NCBI GenBank assembly: GCA_965112735.1
Contig: OZ218960.1
Location: 1,426,001-1,490,000 of the forward strand
Direction of reading: 5' to 3'
Origin: Phaeosaccion multiseriatum
Taxonomy: Eukaryota > Protista > Ochrophyta, other classes
Length of the DNA: 64,000 nucleotides
Shown: positions 29,801 to 43,462 of the stretch, piece by piece
How positions within the stretch are numbered: the stretch's first letter is position 1
Layout: each line of letters begins with the position of its first letter
The notes under the pieces: model-generated
Databases searched by the model: none
Seen by the model: the letters and a program-made list of their open reading frames with translations, nothing else
Told to the model about the DNA's origin: nothing
Position numbers and translations under genes: made by a program

Positions 29801-30580
29801 ATGAGGTGGGGAAGAGGAGGAGGGGGGGGAGGAGGAGGAGGAGGAGAGATGAGGGACAGAATAGAGCAGAGCTCAGCAACCAAGTAGCGAAGAAGGGGGC
29901 GTGGGGGTAGGAAGTATCTTCGGGTCGTTCTGTTCTGCATTTACCCCAGTGCCTCAACGGAATGTGCTTGCCTACACACTCACCAAGACCCCCCCCCATT
30001 CTGCCTCCACTCACTCTCCTGTCTCTCTCTTTCCTCTCCCTCTCACCTCGTTCTCTCTGTCTTTCTCTTCCCCTCTCTCTCTACGTACCTGTATACGGGT
30101 ATGGATATATCTCCCTCTGCCTCTCTCTCTCTCTCTCTCTCTGCCTCTCTCTCTCATTCAAGGTATGAGATTTTGTCTGAGGAGGCCATGGATCGAGAGA
30201 TTAAGGAGCTGGCAAAGTCGTGGCTGGAGAGCGAGGAAGGGGCCAGGAGAGTGAGAATTCTCTGTGACGCATGGGTGCGCCAGCTGAGCCTTCGAAAAGG
30301 AGGAGGTGGAGGTGGCGGTGGTGGAGGTATGAATGGGCACGGTTTGGACGGCCCTGGCCTGCCCGAAGGAGTGGCTGATATGTCAAAGGTGCAGCGCGGG
30401 AAGCTGGCGCGACAGCTCTGCTTCGAGGAGAAGTGCGCCACTCTTGCCCATGAAGAGGGTAGCACGGGCAAGATCAGCGAGCAGCTGCTACTGGCATTCG
30501 ATCGGGAGAGTAGAGAGCTGCACCATCAGCATCCGAGAATGGGGCAAGGGAAAGGGCAAGGACAGGAGGGGCAGGGACAG

Positions 30581-30630
<50 letters not shown>

Positions 30631-33476
30631 ACCGAGCTTTACCAAGTGGCTTGAGGGACGCAGTAGGGATCGCAAGAAGGCGCGAGTGATGCTAAAAGCA
30701 AAGTGGAAGATGGCAGAGTTGACGAGAGCGGACGAGGAGGGAAGGCTGGCTCGAATGGCCGATGTGAAGGAAGAGATGCGGCGGCTTGTGGCCACCTCCA
30801 TGAGGGAGAGGGAGGAGGGACGAGGAGGAGCAGGAGGAGGAGTGGGAGGGGGGTCTGACGGGGGAGAGGGCGCGGGGGCGGATGACTCTTTCCACGATGC
30901 GTTTTTGGAGCCGGGGCATGGCGTGACGGTGGTGCGATGCTCTCGGGAGGGCCTCGATATCAACAAGTACCTCGCCAATCTAGAGAGAGAAGCGGCAAGG
31001 GAGGACCGAGAGAGGCAGCGCAGGGGGGGAGGAGGAGGAGGAGGAGGAGGAGGAGGAGGAGGAGGAGGAGGAGGAGTTGGAGGCAAAGGCAGAGGGCGTA
31101 TGCTTTCCAAGAAGGTGAGACCAAAAGGAACGGCAAGGGAAAGGGAAAGGAGCAGAAGGGAAGAGAGTGAGGACTTGTGTGCTTGCGTTCATGTATTTTC
31201 ATGCATGCTTCTATTGGCAGCACAGCACGTGTTTTGTGGCTGTGGCTGTGGCGTTGTCTTGTTGGCTTTTTTCTAAGTGAAAGAATAGTTTGGGCTCAGG
31301 GATTGGGCGCTACCCGCACCCTCTTCGTTCTGTCTCTGTCTCTGTCTGGTCTCTTGTGGCACCGCTGCACCGTCCTTATCCCTTTGCACTCAAAGACATA
31401 AGTTACCGCCCCCCCCCCCGCCACCACCACCAACACTGGTCGGGTCTGCTCTGCACTGCTCTGCACTGCCTGCTCTTCCTCTCCTCTGCCCCCCCCCCCC
31501 CTCCCCTCCCCTCCCTCTCTCTCTCTCTCTCCTCTCTCTCCCCCCTCTCTCTCCCCCTCTCTCTCCCTCCCTGAAGGCTTTCAACGCCGAGCTGGGCGAC
31601 GCCCTCTTCTCTCTCGTGGCGGACAAGAGCTGTTCTGCTCGAGCCAAGGAGCTTGCCGGCATGCCTCTTCGAAGCGCCGAGCTGCGCAGGCAATCTAAGC
31701 AAGCTTGGGAGGAGAAGTTGGGCTCCGATCCAGATGCCGCCTTTGCCTACCCTTCCCCGGGTGACTTGGGTCTTCCCTTCGCGCAAGACCTCTTTACGTC
31801 CGACACTCAAGCCCTCATGCGGAAGGAGGAGGAGGCGGAGGGAGAGGCAAGGAGGAAGGCCGAGGCCGACTATAGTAAATGGATGAGGCACAAGAAGAAG
31901 CTGGTGAGTGAGTGGGTGGGTGTGTTCGTGTGTGTCGTCTTGCGTACGTGCGTGTATGCGTGTGTGTGCGCGCGCGTGAGAGAGAGAGAGAGAGAGAGAG
32001 AGGGAGCAGCATGTCCGTCCGCTTCTTGGCGGGCTTCCCCTACTACCGGTGCTTGACATTTAAGGGCGATGCTTGACAGTAATGGGATTGCTCTAATGCT
32101 TCGCTCACGTTTACACTTTCTGACCATCTTGTTTTGGTGTGCGTATCGGGACTGTCGTGACGATGATGATCCCAATCCCTCAGGCGCGAATCGCAAAGAA
32201 GGAGGCCGAGGAGAAGGACAAGGAGGAGAACAAGGCCAAGGCGGAGCGTCAAAAAGAGAGCAAGAAGGTAAAAAAAAGGATGGGAGAACACACACACACA
32301 CACACACACACTATGTGTAGGTCACCGCACCGACCGAGAGAGGTCCCCCCCCCCCACGCCCGTCATTCCACCTCTCACGTCCTGACCCTGACCCTCATTC
32401 TCACTTTTGTACTCGTGTATTGTACTTTACTTACTCTCTCTCTTTTTGTCTCCTCCTGACTCTCACCCGAATCCCTCATCCTCACTTCCAAATTTTGTAC
32501 CCGGTTTTATTGATCTCCTCCCGACCCTGCCCCTGACTTTCATCCTCACTTTCCTATTCCTATTCCTACTCCTATTCGTGTGTTGTTGTACCCTCCTTTT
32601 GTTTTTTAAATTAATTAATTAATTACTGTAATATCCTCCAGGCCTACAAACGCTGGGTCAAGCTCCATCGAAAAAAGTGCTACTTCTCCAAGCTGGAGGG
32701 AAAGGCGATTCAGCGACCTGTATTAGATTCAGGGGGGGGGGCAGGGGAACAGCAGCAGTTGGTGGTACAGCAGCAGTATAAACACCGACACCATCGGCAT
32801 GCGAACGGAGAGGGGGAGGGGGGAGTGGGAGGGGGGCGCCAGCAGCATCACTGCGCAGAAACCACGGGTAAGGAGGGGGAGGAATGGGGGGGGGAGAGTC
32901 ATGGTAAGGGGGGGGGGTGAGGAGGAGTAAGATTAGGAGGTGTAGTGGGACTAGCAGCAGTAGTAGTAGTTGTAGTAGTTGTAGTAGTTGTAGTTGTAGT
33001 TGTAGTAGTAGTAATAGTAGTAGGAAAGAGGAGTAGAAGAAGTAGTAGCAGCAGTAGTAGTAAAGAGGAGCAGGTGGAGGTGGTGACAGTGGATGGCGAG
33101 GAGGAGGAGGAGGAGGAGAAGGAGGAGGAGGAGGAGGAGGAGGAGGAGGAGGAGGAGGAGGTGGTGGTGATGATGGCAGTAGATGGGGGATAGAGGGGGG
33201 AGGGCGTGTCTGCCACTGAAATGAATTCATTCCGTGCTGTTGTACATACCCGCGTGTGTGTGTGTGTGTGTGTGCGTATGTGCGTCCGTGGTTGCTTTTT
33301 GTTCGCTTCCTACCTGCCGCCGGTCTCATCCTTACCCGCCCGCCCACGCCGCTACTTTGGTTTGTTCTTCCGTAGGAGGGACGATTGCAGGGCGCAAAGA
33401 GTGGGTGGACAACACGGTGGGGCAATCCGTGCTCTTCGCCGATTCCAAGGATGCATCCACCTTACGCTACTTGTAA
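25018..33476 (+). CDS. RP2/XRP2-like TBCC-domain protein (putative ARL3 GAP) with very long low-complexity/coiled-coil C-terminal extension
   Basis: Exons join into [87 protein letters not shown] (TBCC fold with QxR finger). Downstream exons stay in phase to a stop at 33476; their linkage into one gene is less certain than the domain call. Confidence 0.8.
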
Positions 33477-33882
33477 TTGTAATGTGCGGGCGGGTTGTGG
33501 ATGAGGCGCGAGGAGAGGCGCTCGCTGCACACGGAGGGGCTTCACTATTATTATTGTTTCCAAGTACAGGGCGGGGGAGGGCTGGGGTAACCGTTAAATT
33601 TTAATTGAAGACAAGGTTCCCCCCCCCCCAATCTCGGCCCCTGACATGCTTCTGAGACACGCCAGCCCAGAAGCAGGAAGCAGGCCGGCTGGCGCCGGCC
33701 AGAAGCAGGAAGCAGCCTTTTTTTTCCCGCCGGCCAGAAGCAATTTCACCTGCTCTTTCGCTGACTTATGGAATATTAGTTTCAAGTGTCTTGGGTTGGT
33801 GTGTGACGTTCGACGTTTTCACCCGACCTCTTCAGGTTAACACCTGTGTGTCTGCCTCCTTCCCCTCATCCTCACCTCAATC

Positions 33883-36800
33883 ATGGACGATCCAATGACT
33901 GGGCCCATTGGGCCCGCCACGGAGACACCTCTGGCACCCAAAGGCGCAGGTGAGCCGACGGAAGGAGGATGAAGCGGTGTGTTCCCACGTTCTGTTTTTG
34001 ACAAGTGTGAATTGATGCCTGGCAAGACACGCGCCTGGCCTGAAGAAGGAACATAGGGAAGAGAGGTATAGTTGCTACAGTGTAGTTAGACGAGGACATT
34101 GGGATGGGATGAAGTCCGCTAGCCTGGTGGCTGGGTTGCGAGGTGTTTAATGAAGGGCATCTCCTCCATGTAGAAATTTTGTAGAACTGGCCGCATACAG
34201 TAGCGTAACGAAGTATGGGGGGTTGGAGTGACGGGGTAGACAATGGCATCATTGGCCGATGCGCCTTGGCCCACTCGCGCAACCCTGCCTCACTTTCTCT
34301 CACTCCTCCATACCAATCCACCCCTTACTTGGCGTATCGCTCGACCTTGTGTCTCCTCCATCCCCCTTCACCCCCTATTTCCTACGCCGCTGTTCGTTGG
34401 CCCTCTCAGGCTGGGATCCCGTGAACATTCGCGAGTTTGAGCGCTACGCCCAGGCCACTCTGCCGAAGAACGCGTTCGACTACTATGCCAGTGGCGCCAA
34501 TGACATGGTCACGCTCAGGGAGAACAGGTGAGTTCACGCATGCACCCACGCAGGCAGGCACGTCTCCTCTCATTGGATAAAGGTCCCCGCCCCTGACCGA
34601 CACTCACCCCCACCCTGACGCCTCTCTTCCCTCCACCTCTGCGCTTTACTATACTACACCCCTCTATCTCTCTTTTCTCCTCGGGAGCAGGCAAGCCTAC
34701 AACAGGCTCCGCCTCCGTCCTCGCATCATGCGTGACGTGTCAAAGGTGCGTAGGAGAGGGGGCCACAGAGAGAGACAGCTCTATCTTGGGAGGCCAACGA
34801 CAAAAGAGGGAGAGAGAAAGTTCTATCTTGGGAGGCCAAGGAGATAAGAGAGAGAGAGAGAGAGGTAGTTCTAGCTGGGGAGACCAAAGAGACGAGAGGG
34901 AAAGAATATGAGAGAAAGGATGAGCAGTAGAAGAAGACAGGGGAAAGTGATTACAGTCCGAAAGACAAGCGTGCAGAAAGGCAACCCGGTTTCCATTCTC
35001 TTTGAGGGAGTCCCTACTAGAAAGCGAGAAGGACCTTCCGAGAGAGAGAAAAGAGAGCGAGAGAAAGAATGAGCATCACAGAGAGCAAGCGAGAGAGAGA
35101 GACAGCTAACCACCCACCCACCACCCCACCCCCCCCCCCCCCACACACACACACACGCAACCCTAACACACAGGTGGACACCCGCCTGACCGCCATGGGC
35201 CATGCCGTGGACAGCCCCATCTGCATCGCCCCTACCGCCATGCAACAGATGGCGCATCTGGATGGGGAGCGTGCCACCGCCCGAGCAGCCAAGGCTCACA
35301 ACACCCTCATGTGTCTGTCGAGTTGGAGTACAACTCCTCTGGAAGACGTCGCCAAGGCTGCTCCCGGGGGGCCCAAGATTTTCCAGCTTTATGTGTACAA
35401 GGACCGAGTGGTGACAGAGAGCCTCGTCAGGTGAGGGAGGGGTGGGGGCAGAGGAGATGGCTCTCTATGGTAGACACAGCAAGGATATGGGCGGGGGGGA
35501 GGTGTGAGACAGAAGGGGGAGGAGATCGGAGTGGTGGCCCTGTCTTTGCCATTAAACTTGCTTTTCCTCCTTCTCCTCCTCCTCCTCCTCCTCCTCCTCC
35601 TCCTCCTCCTCCTCCTCCTCCTCTCTTGTCACAGACGCGCCCAAGCGGCTGGCTACACAGCTTTGGCCGTGACAGTGGACACCCCAGTGTTGGGCAGGAG
35701 AGAGGCGGATGTGCGCAACCAGTTCAAGGTTGGTATGGGCGAGAGAGGCGAGAGAGAAGAGGAGGAGGAGGAGGAGGAGGAGGAGGAGGAGGAGGATGCG
35801 CAAGAAGGGCTTTTGTTCTACTTGCGTGCATGTGAAGGGCTCCTTCCTTCACGAGGAGGTCTGGGGAAGCAACAAAGTGGAGGTGTGCTTGTTGTTGCTT
35901 GTTGTATCACCAATCGACTTGCTACTTGTCTGACGGACTCTTGGGACGTAGTTTGCTATGGTTCGCCTTTTGATTTCCTCTCTCTCGTTCTCACTCTCTC
36001 CCTCTCTCCCTACCCCTCCCTCTCCCTACCCCTCCCTCTCCCTCCCCCTCCCTCTCCCATCTCCTCTCATATGACTGACATGGCCCATGTGACTGGCACA
36101 GCTCCCCGGTCACCTGACAATGGGCAACTTCGCCAACGAGGGAGGGGCACACGCCGAGGGCACCAAGGACGGAGGGGAGGAGGGCTCTGGGCTGGCGTCC
36201 TATGTGGCCAGTCTCATTGACCGCACCCTGAGCTGGGACGATATCAAGTGGCTGCGCACCATCACTAAGATGGACATTATGGTCAAGGGTGAGCGAGTTG
36301 GTGATACAGAGGGAGGGAGGGTGGGTGGGAGGGAAGGGCGGAGGAACGGGAAGGAGGTGGGAAGGAATGGGCACACAAACACACACATAACACACACATA
36401 ACACACACATAACCCACACATAACACACACATAACACACACTGGTGCCGTGGGTGCACACTCGCAGCACTCGCAGCCGCCCATCCCATCCGCCCCTCTGT
36501 TCCTCCTCTTTTCTTCTCCTTGTCTTCCCTTGCTCTCTGCGGCCCCACCGCATGCCTCGTGTCTTGGCCATCGGACCCAACCGAACCAAACCAATGACCA
36601 ACCAACCAACCAACCAACCAACCAACCAACTGACCAACCAACTGACCAACCAACCAACATATCTATCTATCTTTCTATCCATCATCAATCCATCAATGCA
36701 GGCATCATGACGTCGGAAGACACCCTGATGGCCATCCAGTGCGGCGTGGACGCACTGTGGGTGACCAACCACGGGGCTCGTCAGCTCGACACAGTGGCTG

Positions 36801-37454
36801 CCACCATTGAGATGCTTCCCGAAGTGGTGCGGGCGTGCAATGGAAGGATGGATGTGTATATTGACGGGGGCATTTGCCGAGGAACGGATGTGTTCAAAGC
36901 GCTGGCGCTGGGGGCGAAGGGGGTGTTCATCGGTCGCCCCATCCTTTGGGGACTCGCGCACAGCGTAAGTCAATGAGGAGGAGATGGTGGTGGTGGTGGA
37001 GGAGGAGGAGGAGGAGGAGGAGGAGGGTGGTGGGGAAGGTTTGGAGTGTTTGGCTTTGCTGCGCTATATATATATATAGGCGTGGATTGTACCCTCCGTC
37101 TTGTTTCTCTTCTCTTACAACCTCTATATATACTGAGTGATTGGTACTCCTCCGTGAGAGTTTGTCAACCATTCCTCTCCCCTCCCTCTGTCGGCCTCCC
37201 TCCCTTAGATAACACACGTCCCTCCCTTCTCGTTATGAAACCGTCCATTCACCCACCCCTCTATCTCCATCCATCCACCCATACATCCAATCATGCGCCG
37301 ATACAACACAACACAGGGCGAGGCGGGAGTGTCTAAGGTGTTGCAGCTCATCAACGACGAGTTCAAGATGGCCATGCAGCTCTCGGGCTGCACCAAGCTC
37401 AGCGACATTAAGAAGAGTATGGTGGTGCATCAGTCCCACTACTCAAAGCTCTAA
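33883..37454 (+). CDS. Peroxisomal FMN-dependent (S)-2-hydroxy-acid oxidase (glycolate oxidase)
   Basis: Eight exons: [73 protein letters not shown]-terminus HYSKL* is a PTS1 signal. Confidence 0.95.
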
Positions 37455-37839
37455 TCAGTCACACCCTTACTTCATCACTAGCACTGGTCTAGCAGATGTC
37501 AAGCAAGCACTGGTCAAGCAGATGTCAAGCAAGCAAGTACAACCAACTCAGAGGCCATGTTGTCGGTTTTAGGGTAGGGGGGATGGAGGGAAATTTGCCC
37601 CCTTCTTTTGCCGACACGACAAGAGAATGAAATTAGGGGGGGGGTTTACATACGAGAGAGAGAGAGAGAGAGAGAGAGGGAGGAGAAAGGAAGATGAGAT
37701 GGTGGTACTCAGTGTATCATTAGCAAGGCTAGTTCCAAATAAAGCATAAATACGATACAGAAAAGACAGATTTGATTTTTTGTAACACTCGATTTGCGTA
37801 CTGTACTGTAAGAATCGCCCGGAACTCTGGAGTTCTATG

Positions 37840-38065
37840 GCTCTATAGCTGGTAACATGCCTCTATACAGCTAGCTCTATTGCTGGTCCCTTCTCCAAAA
37901 CCAACCTAATGCCTCTATATACCCTAGCTAGCTCTATAGCTGGCCCCTTCTCCATAACCTAGTGCCCTCTATATACCCTAGCTAGCTCTATAGCTGGTCC
38001 CTCCTCCATAACCTAGTGCCCTCTATATACCCTAGCTAGCTCTATAGCTGATCCCTCGGCTCCAC
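37840..38065. repeat. ~54-bp tandem repeat, about 4 copies, overlapping the SDR stop codon
   Basis: CTAGCTCTATAGCTG...CCTCTATATACC units start near 37871, 37928, 37982 and 38036. Confidence 0.85.
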
Positions 38066-38290
38066 CAGAACTTCATTAATAGCAACGTGCGCAGGAGCAG
38101 TCAGCACCCACAGCACCGTGTTGGCAACGTCCGCCGGCTGCAGCACCTTGTTCTCGTCGCACCCCTCCCCGCCGACCTTGGCCCCAATGGTGACGCCCTG
38201 CTGGTCGGCCGCCTCTGTGTCTGTGTTGTCCATTATCAGGTTGGTGGCAACGTCTCCCGGTTGGATGGTTGTGACCTGAAAGGTGTCCGC

Positions 38291-38369
<79 letters not shown>

Positions 38370-39698
38370 TGTGTGTGTGTGCAGACAGATGGGTGTGTGC
38401 GTGCGTGTGTGTGTGTGGGGGGGGTGGATGGGTGTGTATGTGTGAGCGCGTTTGTTTCGTTTGTGGGTCCCCGAGTGTGTTCGAGTCGCGGTGTGAAAGT
38501 AAATAGAGAAGAGGGACAGGCACCCGACCCTCTCTCCCCCTTCCCTTTTCCTTTACTCTGAACAGTCAGCATGTGCCACCCGCACCCTGCACACACACAC
38601 ACGCACACACACACACACACACACACATGCACACATACGTATATACACATGCACACACAAACACATGCACACACACACATGCACACGTCCTGTTGCTCCT
38701 TCTGCTGCTGCTGCTGCTGCTGCTGCGTGCTGCGTACAAGCAACCAACGTACCTTGACTCCGGTCCCCACACACTCTCTCCGCAAGCCCTCACTCATGGC
38801 CTCGACAAAGTACTTGCTGCCACAGTACACCGAGAGGCCGGGGAACACCCTCCTGCCCGCGTCAGAGGAGATGGTGATGATGTGACCCGATCCCCTCTTT
38901 GTCATCTTTCCCAGCACCGCTCCAATGCCGTTCAACACCCCCTGTGTCGGTGAGGAGAGGAGGAGAGGGGGGGGGGGGGGGGTTCGGTAGAGAGGAGGGG
39001 AGTAAGCACAAAACAGATAAAAAGGTTCAGGAGAGGAAGGGGGGAGGAGAGAGGGGTGGAGAAAAGACGAAGTGAGGAGAAGAGGAGGTGGTGGAGTAAT
39101 TGGTGGGGGCAGTGACAAGAGGGCATGCTCTCGGCCATCACCATATATCTATATATATATATCTACCTATCTTCTCTGTCTACCCATCTATCCATCCCAC
39201 CCATCCATGTATTGCCCATCAGCACCTTGCAGTTGACGTCCACCGTCCGCTCCCACTCGTCCTCGTGGAGGTTCTTCATGTTCGTAAAGTACATGACCCC
39301 TGCGCAGTTCACCAGGATATCCACTGGGCCTAAAGACTCCTCTGCATAAGCTATCAGCGCCTGCCATCATTAATGGGGCGAGAGCGAGCGAAGGCGGGAG
39401 GAAGGGAGGATGAGAGGGAGGCGAGAAGAAAGGCGCAGAAGAGTGGGAGACAGAGAGGGAGGCGCCCGAGCCTCACCTTCACGTCCTCCCTCTTGGTTAC
39501 ATCCGTCGCCTTACACACCACCTGCCCCTCGGTGATGAAGGCCTCCTTCAGAATGTGGTCCTTCACCCGGTTCAGCTCCTTCTCTCGTCGAGCACCGAGT
39601 GCAACACAAGCCCCTGCCGTGGCCAACGTAATCGCTATTGACTCTCCAATCCCACTCGAGGCACCCGTCACCACCACCACCTTCCCAGCGAGAGGCAT
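38042..39698 (-). CDS. Classical short-chain dehydrogenase/reductase (probably NADP-dependent)
   Basis: Four exons: [27 protein letters not shown] (YxxxK), [19 protein letters not shown]. The start codon is uncertain because the frame stays open upstream of 39698. Confidence 0.9.
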
Positions 39699-39816
39699 CC
39701 TTTGTACACTGATGTCGTAATCGACACCCCCCCTGTGGATTCGTACACATTTGGTGCCATCACACTGCCTAATAGTAATATTTCTATTATCCCCAGCTCG
39801 CCACAGCGAGCCCTCA

Positions 39817-40131
39817 ATGGCAGACAGGGCCCGCTTCGGCGTGCTGTCTATGGCTGACAGGGCGCGCTTCGGCGTGCTGTCTACGGTAGCGGCAGAAGGA
39901 GAAGAAGTAGAAGAAGAGGAAAAGGGACGGGATATCGATATTGAGGGGGGCGCTCTGGAGCACGGGGACGGGGGCGAGAGGGACACACAGGGAAAGGGGG
40001 GCACGCAGCAGCGGCTGTGCTGCTGTGGACCTGCTTCCTCTGGCCTGCCGAGGACATGTTCGGCTGCCAGCGCCCCCGTGTTTCTCAGGTGAGAGCCGAC
40101 GACGGGGAGTGCATACTTCCCTCTTGCCTCC

Positions 40132-40178
<47 letters not shown>

Positions 40179-42779
40179 TCTCTCCGTCTTTCTCCCTCTC
40201 ATGCCCTCTCTTGCCCTCTTCTCTATTCTTTCCTCTCTTCTCTCCCTCTCTTTGTCTCTTGTCTCATGCTCTCGCCCGCCCTCTCCTCTCTTCCTCTGTA
40301 TCGTGTCCCTCTCATGCTCTCGCTCGCCCTCTCCTCTCTTCCTCTGTATCGTGTCCCTCTCATGCTCTCCCTCGCCCTCTCCTCTCTTCCTCTGTATCGT
40401 GTCCCTCTCATGCTCTCTAACGCTGCTCTTCCGCCTCTCTCCTTGTCTCTCCCCCCCCCCCCCACCCACCCACCCACCCAGAGTCCCGTTCATCCACCGC
40501 CACTATCGTGTGAATCTCACTCTATCCCAGTGCATCGTGTCCGTCTTCACCCTTCACAACGAGACCTTCAACATCTGGACGCACCTCCTCGGCTGTCTCC
40601 TTTTTCTCCACCTCTGCACACAAGAGCTATTTGTCAATTTCCGCACCTCCGGAGAGAGCGGTAAAGAAAGAGCCGAAGCCCTTTCCTTCGATCGCCATCT
40701 TGGTGATGCTGATGGTGATGCTGGTGGTGGTGGTGTGGGCGTGGACTATGCTGCCTACCTCGCGCACTACGGCATTGGATTGCCACCCCGCCTCGGCGAA
40801 GTGGCGGTGAATGTGGCCTTTCTACTGGCTGTCACGCTGTGCCTCGGTGCCAGTACGGCGTTCCACACGCTGGGCTGTCTCAGTCACCGACACTTTCGGT
40901 TAGTGGGAGTCAGTCAGAGGGGGGCTCACTCTGCCCATCGGGCGTAACCCAAGTGAATGAATCGGTGACTCAGTCATTCCTATCAGGAGGGAGGGAGGGA
41001 GGGAGGGAAAGAAAGAAAGGAGGAAAGGAAGGAAGGAGGGAAGGAAGGAAGGAAGGAAGGAAGGAAGGAAGGAAGGAAGGAAGGAAGGAAGGAAGGAAGG
41101 AAGGAAGGAAGGAAGGAAGGAAGGGAGGAGGACAGGCAGGAAGTCAGTCGTTAATCACTCACTCACTCAGTCACTCACGCAGTCACTCATGCGGTCGCTC
41201 AGTCACTCACTCACTCACTCACTCACTCCCCTGAGACAAATCATTCCTAATCATCAGCGTGACGCGCTCCTGTGTGCTGTCCCTTTCCTCCCCTCCCCCA
41301 CCCTCTTACCCTCCCACACGCTCGCACTCACCTGTCTGCAGATGCCTCTTTAGTCTGGATCTGATGGGCATATCTCTGCTTATCCCTGCTTCCTTCCTAC
41401 CCGGTCTGTATTGCGGCCTCCGGTGCCACCCCGCCCTCCGTACCGCCTATCTGTGGTAAGTACGTAAGGCTACGTAAAGGCCCATATCATAAGATCGATA
41501 AGAGTGGTGAGCATGCCTCATGCCCTGATCGATAGATACATTGATACAAGTCGAAAGACAGATAGCTTGATTGAAGCCTTTGTATACCATTCGTGGGGGA
41601 AGTAGTCGCAACATCTAGTACGCGTCTGCACCAGTCTCTCCCTCTCTCTCTTGTGCCGTTAGAACTACCCTGAACTGACTGTGGACCGGCTTGGACTGAC
41701 CCTCACCCACCCACCCACCCACCCACTTGGTTCTCTTTCTTACAACAGGTCGGTGTTGGTGCTGCTGCTGCTCGGTGCTACTGCGGCCCGCTGGCTGCAA
41801 GCAGAGCGCTTCTCCAAGCTGCGCAACGCCGTGTTCCTGGGCCTTGTCATTTATGGGCTAGTGCCAGCCGTACATTGGTGGGCGGTGCGTGCCTGCTTAT
41901 GTTTCACACTCGCATAGCACATGTCTTCCCCTTGTCCATGGGTGAAGCTAGCTCTACCTGCCGGCTCACCTGGCTGCTTCTTCCCTTGACGCACGCAATG
42001 CGCTGCTCTGCTCTACTCTTGCCGTGTTCTGTATAATGCGCGTTAAGCCTCATCCGTTGTCTCCCTGCCTGTCTCCCCCCGTCCAGCCTCTCCTCTCCCC
42101 TCTCTTGTCTCCCCTCTCCTCTCCATCTTGTCTTCCCTCCTCTCATCCCATCTTTCCTCCTCTCCTTTCCTCTCCTCCCCTCCCTCCCTCCACCCCTCGC
42201 TCTCCCCTCCCCTCCCCTCCCCTCTCGTCCCCCTCCCTCTCTCCCTTCCTTCTCATCTCGGCAGCTGAGCTCCAGCGCCATGCGGAGTTTAATGGGACCT
42301 CGTCTCGTGGCAATGTTCTGCCTCTATCTCCTGGGCTATGTTCTGTGGTCGTCACGCTTTCCCGAGGCTCTATGGCCCGGCAAATTTGACATCTTCCTCC
42401 ACAGCCATCAGGTGAAGAGGGAAGGAAAGAGGGGGGGAGGGAGGGAGAGAGAGAGTGGGGGAGAGAGGGGGAGAGAGGGGGGGAGGGAGGGAGGGAAAAC
42501 CATACAAATCAGAACGACGTGCTTTACTTAAGCTCTCTCCTTCTCTTTCTCCTCTCCGTCCCTCCCTCTCTCCCTACCCATCTCTCTCTCTCTCTCTCTC
42601 TCCCCTCCCGCCCCTCTTTCTCTCTCCCCCTCTCCCTGTGGGATGACAATGGCGGCTAATGGTCGCTGCAGCTGTGGCATGTGTGCGTGGTGCTTGCAGC
42701 CCTCGTGTGGTGGCGGAACATGCAGGATTGCCACACGGTCTCCCACCGATTCTCTTGCAAGAGCATGGAGGGACTTTGA
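39817..42779 (+). CDS. PAQR / adiponectin-receptor / hemolysin-III family 7-TM protein
   Basis: Six exons: PFIHRHYR, HNETFNIWTHL, ASTAFHT (SxxxH), LDLMGI, RFPE..PGKFD and HSHQLWH (HxxxH). The Zn-binding residues are present. Confidence 0.92.
40275..40420. repeat. ~45-bp intronic tandem repeat, about 3 copies
   Basis: CGCCCTCTCCTCTCTTCCTCTGTATCGTGTCCCTCTCATGCTCT is repeated in PAQR intron 1. Confidence 0.85.
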
Positions 42780-42914
42780 CACTTCGTGACCTTCCACGGA
42801 AGGACTTTTGACTTTCCACGGAAGGCCTTTTGACTTTCCATGGCGGTAATGGGCCTATCTGTCTCACACCGTTTCTCTTGCAAGAGCGTGGAAGGACTTT
42901 GACCTTCATGTGGC

Positions 42915-43152
<238 letters not shown>

Positions 43153-43428
43153 TGTCATCATTATTGATCTGTATCTCTCCTTTCTACTCCAAAGACGTGG
43201 ATGGTACTGAATGGTACCCCTCGGGCAGCGACTGAGGAGCTCTCGCTGCCTGGCTGGCTCTGCTAGGCTCTACTTTACTGTGCTTGCCTAGCAAAGCCTT
43301 GCCTAGCAGAGCCTAGCGGAGAGTCTGCCCTGTTGACGGCTGAGAACGCCACTTGTGGGCGGAGAGAAAGGGAGTGCCCCTGACCAGACCCGCTGCATGG
43401 ATCTCGAGCATCGAAGGTCCAACATCGA

Positions 43429-43462
<34 letters not shown>

